Assembly: GCA_001244265.2 (NCBI GenBank)
Contig: CDLV01000011.1
Location: 1,426,001-1,490,000 of the forward strand
Source: Microbotryum violaceum
Lineage: Eukaryota
DNA length: 64,000 bases
Direction of reading: 5' to 3'
This document shows positions 1 through 12,822 of this stretch, one piece after another. Below the pieces are notes generated by a model. The model was not told the DNA's origin and ran no database searches. It saw only the letters and a program-made list of their open reading frames with translations. Each line of letters opens with the position of its first letter. Positions within the stretch are counted from its first letter, which is position 1. Position numbers and translations under genes: made by a program.

Positions 1-2372
1 CCATTTCCTCGACAAGAGCGTCCTCCATAGTTGAAGACGTTAACGTCAATACGGCGCCCGTGATCTCGCAAGCACGCTGAACGAACCGCGTCGTCGACTC
101 GGGTTTGCCGGCGTTATACAAGAGACCTGAGAGGTTGTAATAAGCCGAAGCGAGGGATCGGATCCAGTATGCTTGACCGAGTTGGGCTGGCTCAACCTTA
201 ATCCCACCTTCCGACTCGACGCGGAGACCGAGGACGGCTAGGCATCGTTCGAGATGGTCGAAGCAAGGCGTGTAGGTTGAGCGATCGTCGACAACGAGCG
301 TTGAATAGGCGAGGACGGTGAGCACTTCGACGGTGCCCGAAATAAGACGACTCCGATCCCCGCTTTGCGCTCTACTCGTCGACACCGCTTCGCCATGTTG
401 CGCCAGCGTCTTGCATAGTTTGCGCAGCAAAACCTCGTCCTCCGCCTTTGATCTGCCTTGCTTGCCCTCCTGAACGACGAGCATATCAAGCCTCTGATCC
501 CCTTTGACCTCCTTGACGACCCAGGATCTGACCTTCTCCATAATCGAATCGACCTTACCCACACTTTCCTTATCCAGACCCTCCCTGACTCTCAACTTCC
601 CCAAAGCCTGAACATAAATCAGCGCCCTATTGAGCCCGTCCACCTCTTTCTCCTTGCCCTTGTGTTCCTCCTGCCCAACCTGCAAGCCCGACAACAACCC
701 CATCAGTTTAACGACAAGTCGATCAACCTGCTTCTCCACCGGAACCCCTCCCTCGTCCTCGTCCGATTCCAACAACAACCTGACCCTCTCAATGGCCAAC
801 CCATCCTCCGCACGCTGCGCGATCCTCAGAATGACTTGACACAAATTCATCCATTGAGTCCCATGAAATTCGATTCCACGATGTCGCGAAGAGATAGCTT
901 CGATCGTTTCTTGGAACACGCGTTGAACGGGTCCGTTGATGTTGGCTGCGGAGAGGAACTGGGCTTCGGCTTGTCGACCGAACAGGAGGAGGTTTTTGCG
1001 ACATTGGTCGAGGAGTGCCTGAAGTTTTTCGGGGGAGGAAGAGATGGTCGAAGTGGTAGAGTAGAGCAAGAGCGCTCGAGAGCGAATCGTCAAGAGGTCG
1101 TTGATATCTGTAGAGGAGAAGTATTCGGTCAGAAATCGTTTCCAATGAGCCCTTTGATTTCGAACATGGGGAGCGACTCACCCACGTCCCCATCCAGGCC
1201 TACACATCCTTTGATGAGCGAACCAAACATGCTCGTCATCAACGCGTCGATCTTCTTCTCCACCGCCAACCCGTTGGCAGCAGTAGCACCCTCATCATCG
1301 GCAATCTCAACCCTGGACTTGGCCCACCAATCGCGCCATTCGATCGGTGCACCCATAGGGGAGGTCAACACCTTTGCCACGAGAGTTGCACGTAGTTTGG
1401 GGTCGAAATCGGGGTTACGGAACAGGGATCCGAGAGCGTATTGCTGTACGGAGAGGACGAGAGTGGCGATCTCGGCTGGGGTCCAGTGGGGGGAGGTTAG
1501 GCTAGAAGGTAAGGGTATGCACAGCAAGTGGGCGTACGAGGCCCAGGGTGTTTGAGTCTTGGTCGATGCGGATGACTCGGAGACAGCACCCCCATTCGAG
1601 CTGAAATCTGTGTGGGACACTCGGAGCAAGCTGGTCTTGATGCGTTCCAATTCTGCCAAAGCGAGTCGATACTGTGCGGATATCGACAGTCGTCAGGAAG
1701 TGTGTGCGCAGGGAATAGACGGCAGAAGATGGGTCTTACGTGTTCTGTCTCGACGAGTCCGGCGACGAAACTGATGGCGGCTTTTTCAATCTCGACGAGT
1801 TTCTTGTCGATCTTGCCTTGATGGATGAGCGTTCGCAGCTCGTTCAACGCTTGGGTACAGTTCTTGGCGAGAGAGATGATCTCTGGAGGGGGCGTTGTCG
1901 ACGCGGGCCGAGAGGAAGTAGAGGCCGATGAGGAGGATGAGGACGAGCTTGTTTTGGAGGTGGCCTTGGCGGCGATCGTTGGCGCAGAGGAGCGAGTTTT
2001 GAGCAGTGCCGAGATGGCCTGCAACGAAGAGTTGATCGTCTTCATCGCCTGTCGCGCTCGTTCTTGCGGTGGTGTGGGATCTTGTTTTAGTGAACTCGTC
2101 GAGCTGGTGGCAGTGGCCTGCTTGAGCCTGGCACTCGAGCTCGCTGCTGAAGTGGAGGTCGACGCGGCTATCTTGCTACGCGACTGTTGTTGCTGCAACA
2201 GGTTCCTCGAGCTGACCACCGCCGAGGGCTTGGACTTGTTATGCTCTCCCAGATTGAGAGTGGTATCCATCCTCCGCGAAAGCTGTCGCACGTCATCCTG
2301 TGCGGCGGCTGTTGGGGTCGGTGTCGGGGTCGCCCGCGTCGCCAAAGTTGAACGACAGCGGGTCGAACTCGC

Positions 2373-2470
<98 letters not shown>

Positions 2471-2582
2471 TTGAGCCTGAGCTGGCGACGGCGATCGTTG
2501 CCGAGACGGCAGTCGACGACGAGGCAGTCGCAGGAGGCCTTCGTGACCTTGCCGGTGCAGCAGGTGGTCGGAGGGTGGTCAT
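1..2582 (-). CDS. ESP1: Separase (separin) N-terminal part; gene runs off the left edge of the window
   Basis: ATG at 2582 ([10 protein letters not shown]). Introns 1672-1739 and 1108-1181 (GT..AG) join the frames, and the last exon appears to stay open towards base 1. The segments '[18 protein letters not shown]' and '[18 protein letters not shown]' resemble basidiomycete separase N-termini as I recall them. The C50 protease domain is outside the window. Confidence 0.7.
2373..2482. repeat. (GCCTGA)n hexanucleotide microsatellite, about 18 units, encoding a (Gly-Ser)n tract in separase
   Basis: Directly visible perfect tandem array with one variant unit (GCTTGA). Confidence 0.97.
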
Positions 2583-2800
2583 CGCACCCCTACCCCTGTT
2601 CCTGGTGTGCTGATACGGCGACGAGAAGAGGTGGAACACGACGCGATCAGCAGCGAGAGTCGCGCGCGTCGTCTTCCCAAGTCGTTCAATCCTTTCCAAT
2701 CGCTAAAAGGTCCAAGGAAGTTGTAATGGCCCAATAGGTCCGTAATAACTACCCCTAACCCGCCACGCCCGGTCTCTCTCACCCAAACTCGGACCCGCCC

Positions 2801-3879
2801 ATGCATGCACCCAACGTCATGGCCTCAGCACCACACTACACCTCGACCCTCCTACGCCACGCGCTACCGCTCATTCCACGCCACGGCTTCTCCCTCCACA
2901 CACTACAACTCGCCTCCCAAGCTGTTCCCTCCACTTCCTCCACTTCCTCTTCCTCTTCCTCTTCCTCTTCCTCCTCGCCACTCTCTCTTTCGACTCTGAA
3001 CGCCCTCTTCCCTTCCCCACCACCCCGTTCCCACCCGAACGGAACCGTTTCCCGACGCAAGACCTTGACCAGGGAACAACTGATTCGAGAAGCACGGGCG
3101 CAAGCACCATCTGGAACGGCCTCGACTTTTCGATCACCACTGCACAACTTTGATGCGATCGATGCAGATGCCCAGGCCCAGGCTACGATTGGAGTAGGAG
3201 TAGGACCCTTGAAAGCTTTGGTCCAGGCTTGGTTGGAGCAAGGCAGGACGGAGATGGCTCAACATGTCGCAGTCAGCCGAGGGAAAGCGAACCAGGATCA
3301 GTTGGTCAAGCTAGGCCTGAGGCACAGGATCAAGTACAACGAGCCCGTGGTCGATCAACTGGTGGAGGTGAGCTCCTCCCATCACGACGTACTGTAAGAA
3401 CACACCGGGCACTGACTCCCTCCAATAGGCCCTCGCCTTGCTCGGCGCCCCAACCTCGACCCCACTTTCCTCCCCCTCCGCTCTCTTCCCCTTCCCTTCC
3501 CCCTTGCCCCACTTTGAACACGTCGCACGCATAGCCCACGACTTGGCCGCAGCCTCCGGCGATCAATCACAAGGGGTGAATACTATCCAGCTCACGTATA
3601 GCAACGAAACCCCCCACATCCTGATCCAACTTTTCACTTTTCGTCCCGCAGCTCGAATGGTACTCGGTCCGAGCCTCCCTCGGAACCCTCTACGGCCTTT
3701 CGGAACTCCATCAACTTTCCCCCCAACTACAAGGCCATGACCCTTCCCAACGTACACTAGAAACCTACGAATTTCTAGATCGGATGTGGGACAAGTCCGA
3801 TGGCTTGGCAGGCCTAGGTGCTTTCGCCACGTGGGTACGCAGGAGTTGGACGGGGATGGGAACAAGTTTGGGCTTGTAG
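2801..3879 (+). CDS. COQ9: Ubiquinone biosynthesis protein COQ9-like (3 exons)
   Basis: Motifs 'LLRHALPLIPRHGFS', 'LRHRIKYNEPV' and 'HVARIAHDLAAASGDQSQG|LEWYSVRASLGTLYGLSELH' match the COQ9 pattern GD.S....WY..R..L..Y...EL. Stop TAG at 3877-3879. Confidence 0.85.
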
Positions 3880-4121
3880 GCTCAGTGCTGCAATTGAAAG
3901 TGTAAAGAACGACTGGTACGGAGTCACACTCCGGGCGCGCTCGTGTCGGGCTGGATTGCAGAAAAGCATGTAACGTCTGGATGCGTAAAATGTGGGACTG
4001 GATCTACCCGTCAACGATACCGATACGGGGCGTAGATATATATGAACACGAAGGGATCCGGCAACATCAAGTCGCAACACAAACCACATAACAAGACAAA
4101 GACCAGCAAGGACCTGACTCA

Positions 4122-5638
4122 TCAAACCTGCTTCAACACCTCACTGTTCAACTTGATCGCAGGCAAAAGGATCTCCGATTCATCCTGATACCGGACCTTG
4201 ATATCAAAAGGTCCTACACTTTTCCCTCCTTTACCATCCTCGAGTGAGTGAACTCCAGGGGGGAAAGCCCGCGTCCAATGGGGTGGACGTGGTGTCGCCG
4301 GGCGAGGTGATGCGGATGGAGACTTGGGCTAGAGGGAGGGCAGATTCGCGAACTTGGAGCCCGAACCAATATTGAGTGGAATTGGTTTTCCTATGCACAT
4401 GTATCACCACAAAATAATGAGCCACCACTTTCAGATCTCTCAACCCTCCATCAACGAGTCAAACTACCAACTCACCAAACGACCGAAGGGGACTCAGACG
4501 TCACCAAGCCCGTTTTAACGCAATCAACAGGGGTCCATTTGACAGTCAGCTTCCCGACTTCCTTACGGGCCAAAGCTGTGAAGGCTTCTTCGAAGAGATC
4601 GATGGCGCCCTCCACGGCCTCGGGTTCCTGGTAACGAGATGAGCTTGAGGATCAGTGTGAGAACGCGGAAAAGTGGGGATTGGAGTCGGGGTCGAGATCT
4701 TACTCGGTTCGTGATCATCACCGTCGTACTCTTGTTTCCATCCAAAGTCTCGACGCGAACGCACATCCCGCATTGCGCAGATCCGGCCCATGCAAAATCG
4801 TTGATCGCCGCAAACATCTGAGAATTGTAATGCACCAGAAAAGTTGAGTTAGCTTGACCATGTCATTGTGCCTATCCGATAGGAGGTCGGGGTCGAAGGT
4901 ACGTTATCCTTGCGAAAAGGCAGCAAGCAGTTGCCCATTCCATCGTCAGCCGCCGCATAGAACGTAGCAGGGTCCTTGCTATTGCCCGCCAACATTCCAA
5001 TCAACTGATTAGCAACTGTTTCTCTCGAGCCATCCGTGCTTCTTGACCAACGGGATTTTTCAAGGACTCACCATCGTTCCCTTAAAAGTCGTAATTACCC
5101 CAGGCTTCCCGGCCTTCAGAAGGTCCGGCGTCGGTTGACGCGTCGCTGGAGGGCTGTCCTTCTGCGTCGATCCAACAGGTTGCTGCGGTTGTTTACTTTG
5201 AGGATCTTGGGTATCGGATTTCCCTTTGTCACCGGAGCCGGTCCTAGGGTCGGGAACGGAACCGTGCACTTTGCCGGGCTTCTGATGGTGCTTCTTGTGT
5301 GTGTGAGTATCGGAATGTTGCGATGACAAGGTGGAACTCGCGTGGTGCCGACGGTTCTGGCTGACGTGGTGGCGATGACGATGATCATGACTGGACTTGG
5401 TCTTGCCTATCTTATGACGATGTTTGTGATCAGTCTCCTTGTGGTTACGCTTGGGATGCGGATCACATTCATGTCCAGGCCCATGCCCAGGCCCATGCCC
5501 ATGCCCATGCCCATGCCCGTGCTCATGCTCATGCTCATCGTCATGCCCAGGGCTAGCCCGCCTATCATGTCTTTTCCTCCCCCGACACGAATGCGGCGAA
5601 CGCACCGGAGCACGACGAAGCAACATCCCCTCGTTCAT
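4122..5638 (-). pseudogene. Expansin-like protein (DPBB/RlpA-like domain 1 plus CBM63-like domain 2) with a His-rich N-terminus; C-terminal frameshift, possibly pseudogenised
   Basis: Spliced reading 'ATFYAAADDGMGNCLLP..MFAAINDFAWAGSAQCGMCVRV..VMITNR|EPEAVEGAIDLFEEAF..VKWTPVDC..W|KTNSTQYWFGLQVRES'. The tail 'DGKGGKSVGPFDIKVRY..KQV*' (stop 4122-4124) is in another frame from 'SLTRGW*' (stop 4231-4233). The start codon is uncertain. Confidence 0.7.
5468..5546. repeat. (CCCATG)n/(CTCATG)n repeats encoding His-Gly/His-Glu tracts
   Basis: Visible tandem hexamers; the minus strand translates as EHEHEHGHGHGHGHGPGHGPGH. Confidence 0.85.
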
Positions 5639-7053
5639 CACGTGTTTGACCAGAGTCGACGGAGTCGAGTACGGATGGTCAAGTTGTGAGATAGGATGAC
5701 GCGCGAAGATGAGAGGCGCGGATAGGAGACTTCAGGCGGTCGACGCCGAGAGATAAAAGGTGAGAGCTAGAACTGCCGAGTTCTAGAACTGCCGAGTTCT
5801 AGTTACGACTTGCTTTTAGCCTAGCGGTTAAGAACGACAGATTGTATTTTATGCACATCAGAGGCGCATACCTTACAAGGACTGGGCAGGACAGGAATGC
5901 AAGGGGTTTAGTATTGAAGAGCGGCATGCCTTGTGCGAAGATTGGTAAGAGGAAAGGATGCGAGAATGTCCTGATTTTTTGAAGGGCGGTCCGATGGTGG
6001 ACCGGCATGATTTTTGCCCACCGCGTGGTCAACGACCGAACTATGATCCACGAGTTGGGCTTTCCCCTTGCTCACCGATCAAAATATTGAGAGCTGGATG
6101 GCAAGACACGCGTGGAACAGAAGGTCGAACCGAAATTCCGTCTCCACACTCCATTCACCCCTGTTCACTCGACCAATTTCCTGTCACCATTCCCCAACGG
6201 TTCGCCGTGCCGGCCTGCATCACCGAATTCGGCCCACGCTTGAACTCGTGGGAACGATGCACATATCCTCGGTCACCGATCCAAGAAGAGACTAGCTCAG
6301 GCATACTTCCAAGTATCAGGATTCAGGAGCCTGGCTATTTGACCAGCTGACTCCGGTTGCCGCGTCAGAAGGGGACCCCAACTCGGACCGAACCGTCTCT
6401 GTCGCCACTGACCCGGCGAGAAACAAGAAGTGTTATAGCGGCATTTATCCTCACGACGTTTGCGGAGGAACCAACATGGCTCATTCAGGTTCGAGCCTTG
6501 GCTAAACGGGGCCTGTATGCATATCCGATTGTGGTGTCTGGCGGTGATGTAGGAAACCTCGGTGTCGTCGCAAGTGACGCAAGCGCTCTGCGCCAGTTCG
6601 ATGGCATGCTCGTTCAGATCGAGCTCGATGTCACTCGACGGGACCGAGGAACAAAAGTTAACAGAACTCTGCGCGCTTTCCACAACATCCAAATTTGCCG
6701 ATGACAAATATGTGCATTCCAGAATGCAACTGCAAATCCTAATCCCAAGACTGCCCAGCAAAGGAACAATCCACGAGCGCTCTAGCGCACATGGCAAGAT
6801 ACAGACAGAAATGCCGCGAACGACATACAAAATAAGGGAGAACAGGTAGCATGCATTACATGATATGATACCCTCGGTACAACCTGACAAATCTGAAGCC
6901 CCAAGACACGACCCGACTGGCACCCGTCCCCGCAAAACGAGGCCTACGGCCGCTCCTCCCGTCTTGACGCGCGGACGAACCGAAATCCATTCAACCCACA
7001 AAACCCCGAGACAAATGCATAGCATAATATATAATATGATCCGAATGACGATC

Positions 7054-10000
7054 CTACGGAGCTCTAGGAAGGCTCCGAGACGAATCATGCGAGATCAGGG
7101 AATGAGTGAGTGGCGGTCGTTGCGGCGGGGTTCGCGGCTCCGAAGCGGCGCTCGAGCTCGTAGCAGCGACCTCCTCCCTTCGTTGCTTTCGCCGAACGTC
7201 AGCAAAGGCACAGTATTTGCGTAACGACGCTTCGGCGACGGGCTTGGCCAGGACCTCGTCGGCACCCCGTGACCGATACTCGTCTTGGTCGTACTGCTTC
7301 GCGTTCGCGGTCACCCCGACCACGAGGTTTTCACGGCCCAATGTCCGGAGCGCCTGCACGACTTCGAGGCCTGTTTGCTTCGGCATTTGATTGTCGAGGA
7401 AGATGACGTCATAGTTGTAGACGTGCACCCCGACCGGGTCAGATTCCTTCCGAGCGAGGATCATTTCCAGCGCTTGTTCGCCATCGTTCGCGGTCGATAC
7501 CAGCGAGCCGCCTCGTTCGATCATTCGTGTCATCAGCTTACGCGTCAGGGCGTCATCGTCGACGACGAGCACCCGGATTGGCCCATCCTGAAACTCGAGC
7601 GGGGGCGTCGGAGGAGTTCTCGTAATGGAGAGGAGAGACAAGGGACTGGGCATGGGCACAGCCGCAGCGTTAGAGATGGCTGCCTGCGTCGACAGCGGCG
7701 GGGATGTACCAGACAGGTCCTTGAACGCAGGCGACGAACTCGCCGCAGTGGATGGCGTCGGTATCGGTGTCACAGCCGGAGGCGATATCGCAAGCTGTGG
7801 GACCTCGCTCGCGCCAATCTTCCCCTTCTCCTTCTCCGACGGGGCGATCATCTCGATCACATCCGATCCGTCGCTGGTTGACGGCCAAAATGTACGCCGG
7901 TTTCTCGTGAGGCGTGGCCGGAGAACTCGTGGTAAAGTTGAACTGCGACGCCGAATCCATCTGCGAGCTTGGTGGCGTCGGCGAAGAGAATTCGACGGGC
8001 CACGAGTAAGGTCGAGCTTCAAGTTTGACCGGCGTGATAAAGTCGTCGACCGGTGCGGCCAAGGCAGCAGCGCCGACTTAAAAAGATAACCTGAGAGAGA
8101 AGTTAAGTGTTTAGATCAGAGGTATGGAGACAATAGAGGCGATCGGAATCTGACCAATACCGACTCACTCGACCCAAAACGTTGAGCCTTCATCAACTTT
8201 CGACGTGACACCAAGCCTGCCGCCACTCAGTTTGACGAGTTGACGGACCAATGAGAGCCCAAGGCTGATGACAGCATCGCATACGTCAATTCAGTATGTT
8301 CCCCATATAATCAAATGCACAGCTCGTTCAGAAACCGACTCACCCAGTTCCTGTCCCACCTTGCCTCATGCCGACCTCGGTCTGCACAAACGATGAGAAC
8401 AACGACCGATCCCCCTGCATATCCCGGGGCCGAATACCGACGCCCGTATCGCGCACCTCGAAACGAACAACGATGACCTCACCCGGAGCGCGAGGGCTCG
8501 AGTTGGAACTGCTGCTCGTGCTACCTTCCACCGCGAACGCCTCGAGAGTCGCCGATGTCAGGCCCTTCTCAGTGTCTGAATGGCCCTCACTCGATGCTTG
8601 AAGGTCCGAATAGTCGCTGGGCGAAGCCTCGGGTCGTTGATAACCGCCTGGGGTGAAGGAGGGTCGTAAAAGCTTCGTCGTTACTGCCACCTTCCCACCC
8701 GCTGATGTGAACTTGACCGCGTTCGAGGTGAGATTGGTCAGGATCTGCCGCAGTCGCATCTCGTCACCGAGCAAAAAGCCATCGCCTTCCAGGATCCGTG
8801 TCGGGCATTCATTCGTCGGCCACGCCGATTTAACGCAGACCTCGTCGATGCGAGCGTCGAGATGGGTCTCGAGTGTGAGGTACCTGGCGTCGACGTCAAG
8901 TTGAATTTGATTAAAGATGCTATGCATGGCGCGGTGGAGCGAAAAGGGGCTCGACAACATCGAGAAACCGCCCTTTTCAAGCCTGGAATGATCGACAACG
9001 TCGTTCAGGACTTGAGCCATGGCCGCAAGTCTGCGGTTACGAAGTTGAGATGCCCGTGCCACGTCAGTCACCATTTTCTAGGCACTTCACCGGGTGCAGA
9101 CCACTTACGAGGATTCGAGCGCTTCGAACTCGATCGATAAGTCACAATCCCTGTTCGACATGACAATCCCCGACTCCTTAATGTTTTGGAAAGCGAGCGT
9201 CGAGGTGTTGAGCGGGACGCGCACCTCGTGGAACAAAAAGTTGGAGAAGCGTTTGCTGGCATCGGCCTCGCGTCGTTCGCGATGCTCGGCTTTTTGCTTG
9301 AGTCGATAAAGTCGCTTAAGCTCGAGCCGCAAGGTGAAGGTCCGGCGATCGTTGATCTCCCGTTGATGCGAGTACATGAGCAGGAAGACGTAGAAGACTG
9401 TTAGATGTTTGTCTTAGCGTCAGTGATCATGAGCGCGGAAATAATCCGCAACACGAGAGATATGTACTGAATAGGTTGATGGCACTGCGGATGAAAGATC
9501 CCTTGAGGCGAAGAAATGTGCCGAGGACCAGACCCGTCCACGCGACAAAGATTCCGAACGCTCCGATGCGGACTTGGTCGAGCGCGAACAGCGAGACGGC
9601 CGGTGGCGCCTGATTGAACATAAAGTGAGGTGTGACCGCCATGTCAAAAATAGCTTCATCGACGCATCTCAGGTGTCTTAACTCACGGCAGCATAGAAGA
9701 AGACGGTGATAAAGTCTTTGGCACCGCAGTGACGATCGGGAGCGAAATAAGCGCACAATGCCATGTCCCTGAAGACGAATAATATCTGATGTGAGCTCAT
9801 CTAGAACGCAGGGCAAACTTGAATCACGGAACTTACACGATAGAGTTGGTCGACGCGATGAGCACGGCCAGAAAAACGAAAAATTGCCAGATCTGTTAAA
9901 TCACATATTTCGGTGGGTTGGTCAGCCGAACTACGTTAAGACCGCGCCCCGCATCACGAGCATACCCAGTACCAAGCTCCACGATGCAATGCTGGCCAAT

Positions 10001-10349
10001 CCCACAAAGCCATCGGAACCAAAGGGATCGTGCTCAACGGCATCAAGACGGCGCTCGCAACCAAGTTCCACGCCGACCACGGCTTCGGCAGCATCGACAC
10101 GGATAGAATCCAGTTAATTTCGAAGAAGAGGGTGCCGTACAGGACCGAGCGCTTCATGCTCGTCCACGAGTCCTTCTGATATGCGGCCTCGATTTCGCTT
10201 GATTCGAATTGAGATGCAAAGAAGGCACTGGTAGATGGCGAGATTCGTTTCTTGCGTCCAGAGCGAGGTTTCTCTTTGTCAGCTCAGCCCCTGCCGCTCG
10301 GTGCAGGTGCTGCACCTGACTTCTCCTTGGAGGCGAGCTTCTCGCCCAT
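7054..10349 (-). CDS. Membrane-bound hybrid sensor histidine kinase (TM region + HisKA + HATPase + receiver)
   Basis: H-box 'FSNFLFHEVRVPLN'; N-box 'GDEMRLRQILTNLTSNAVKFT'; G1 'EVRDTGVGI'; G2 'GGTGTG|LGLSLVRQLVKLSGGRLGV'; receiver 'VLVVDDD..DVIFLDNQMP..VVGVTAN..LAKP'. Hydrophobic exons lie at 9380-10160. The start (MGEKLASK, 10349) is tentative. Confidence 0.92.
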
Positions 10350-11066
10350 TATAGGGATGAGGTGAAGCCAGCTCCAGTGCGAGCACAGGAGTGGACGAGA
10401 GACCTATAGGCGACGAGCTGCGCGTTGCTGATGAATGACTTGGATGCGACGAGGGTGAGAATGTGAAAGGTTGCTTCGCGAGCGCGACCGCTTTCAGAAG
10501 CTAGCGGCTTCGATTTCCAAGCGAGCTTGGCGAGGAAGGCAACGGGCCCCGAGTCGGGGTTGATAACCTGATAACCACTTGCAGCCTGACCGCGGTGCAC
10601 GTGACGCCGTCCCGGGTACGACATCGGCGTTATTTATATCGCCAGATCACTCCTGCACCATGTCTCCCTGACTTGTACCGTTCACTTCAAAATCTTCGCC
10701 AAACGTCTTCTGAGTGGCGTTCCACAGCGCTCGGCATTCTTCAATTGAACACGTACAGCTTCGGAAAATCGGAGTTTTCAAATTCCACGCCCGACAAGAG
10801 ATGGGTGCACGAACTCGCAAGCCGGTACGGCACACGGTTACGATTGAATTGCAGGTCCGCACAGCTGCAGATATCTCAACTTATATATATATACCTAATT
10901 CTCTGTCAGGAGGGCATTCCAGCGCAATATTGTTCTGTCGGCAAGGGAGGTGGGGTTGAGTGTAGGCACTCACACGGGTGAGCTCGCACGGACCCCGTTG
11001 TGCCCGGAGCGACGCGAGGCAGTTCTCTGACCGCTCACCTCATTCCCCAGCAGTCTACACGAAGCG

Positions 11067-12319
11067 ATGGAGTGGAGTCAAGAGCTGCTCCCATTGTTGG
11101 GCTACTTTCTTCTCATATTGGTGCTTCTCGTCCTCATCTCACCCAACGTCCTGCCGTCATCGATTCCCTCGCGACGATCACAGGTGACGAGTGGTGCAGC
11201 ATCCTCGAGTGCCATGTGCTACCTCGGGTTGGCGATTCTTTCGATCGGATTCACATGGACGTACATGTTCAAGTACTTTCAGCGGTCGTTCGAAGTTGCG
11301 GGTATGTCCCTGCCGTCGCCTTCCGCACGCTGACAGAGGCCCCACACTGACTCGGGCTTTCCAACCCCCTCTTCCTTTTCCACGCAGCGGCACGAGCGGG
11401 CCCCAACGCCTCAAAGTACACGGTCAAGGAATGGCTCGCATCGACATCCCTGTTTGTTGAGGCATGGCACCAAGTCTGCGCGACGCCCATGGCGTGGTGG
11501 TGGAGTCAAGTCTTGTGCGCCTGGACAGCGGGACCCATTACCGGCTTTTGGTATTTTGAAGGTACATCCCCCATCTCGTCACCCACATCCTCCCAAGGTT
11601 GAAGCCTCCTCTCGTTTCTACCAGGTCAACGCCATCGGATTCGCCGCGTCTGGGCTTTCATGTTGCTCGGCCAAGTCGTGGCCATATCATTCGCGCAAAA
11701 CCTCTTCTTCCTCGCCCTCGCCCTCTCTCCTACAACCCTTTCCCCAAGATCCATCACTACTTCCCCTCTCTTGATCTGGTCGACCCTCCTATCCTTCCTT
11801 ACCATCGCTCTAGTCCCATCAACAATTAACAAACCGACATTCCTCCCCAACCTCCTCCTAATGCACATACTACTCCTGTTCCCTCTCCTTCCCGTATCCA
11901 CTCGAGCCCCTCGCAAATCCCTCTTGTCTCCCTCTGCACTCTACCTCCTCTACTCCCTCCTTTCAATCGCCCTCCGTTACCCAACATACGTCACCCTTCC
12001 TTCCTCGTCCAAGCAAAGGCCTCTTCATCTCCTCTCCGCCATTCAAACTTTATCCTCTCACCCCGCCCAATCCAGTATCAGCTACGACGTCGTATTCGCT
12101 TTTTTATCTATGCTCGTCTTCATCATCCTCGAAGGCAAAGAGGATCGTTCTCTCTTGGATTGGATCGGGGTGGTAGCGATCGCCGCGACGACTCCTTTCT
12201 TGGGTATCGCGGCGACTTCGGGCTTTTGGCTCGCGCAGAGAGAACGAACGATCGCGAGGAGGATTCAGAAGGGGAAGGCGAAGGAGGTTGATGAAGGTGG
12301 AGTGGGCAAGGTCGAGTGA
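11067..12319 (+). CDS. Multi-pass membrane protein of unknown function
   Basis: Spliced hydrophobic reading 'LAILSIGFTWTYMFKYFQRSF..WLASTSLFVEAWHQV..WWWSQVLC..WAFMLLGQVVAISFAQNLFFLAL..SHPAQSSISYDV', with GT-AG introns at about 11302-11387 and 11562-11624. Confidence 0.75.
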
Positions 12320-12822
12320 TGGGGTGCGCGATGTTTTTTTTTCTTTTCTTCTTATGTTATGTTCGTATCTAGAAACGCCCGAGAATCCGGAGAGAGCGCA
12401 CAGCATCTTCATTCATTTCTTGCAAGCGAAAAAGGCAAAAGAAAAAGGACGGCGTATGTAGTCCCAGATGGACACACACACGCGAAAGAGGCTATATTGA
12501 GGGATCAAACACAACCCCCACAGTAACGAAAACAACCATCAAAAACGAGAAGAGAGAAACACCCCCAGATTACTGCAAAGGGAAAGGAAGAAAGGGAAAT
12601 TCTACACAGAACAGATAGGGCACGTGCAAAACATATGAGCAAAGAGTAAAGGAAGCCAAGATGATAGCGGTAGTAGGCGCGTTGTGGGTAGAGAGACATA
12701 ATGGATAAGATGATTCAATGTCGATGTCGATGTCGAGGAGATAGAGGGCAATAATTTTAAAATGATGCGAAAGATATAGGAGAGGCTGCTGATGCGGGCT
12801 CGTGACCAAGGTGATCCCACAG

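Noticed and set aside
458-1555. 365-aa + strand ORF, and similar long antisense ORFs (1825-2613, 25387-26091, 38093-38974)
   Set aside because: They are shadows of real genes on the opposite strand in GC-rich DNA and have no recognisable motifs.
6297-7088. ORFs between the expansin and the histidine kinase (263 aa on -, 115 aa on +)
   Set aside because: No recognisable domain, no convincing ATG or splice model. Could be a gene relic but cannot be supported.
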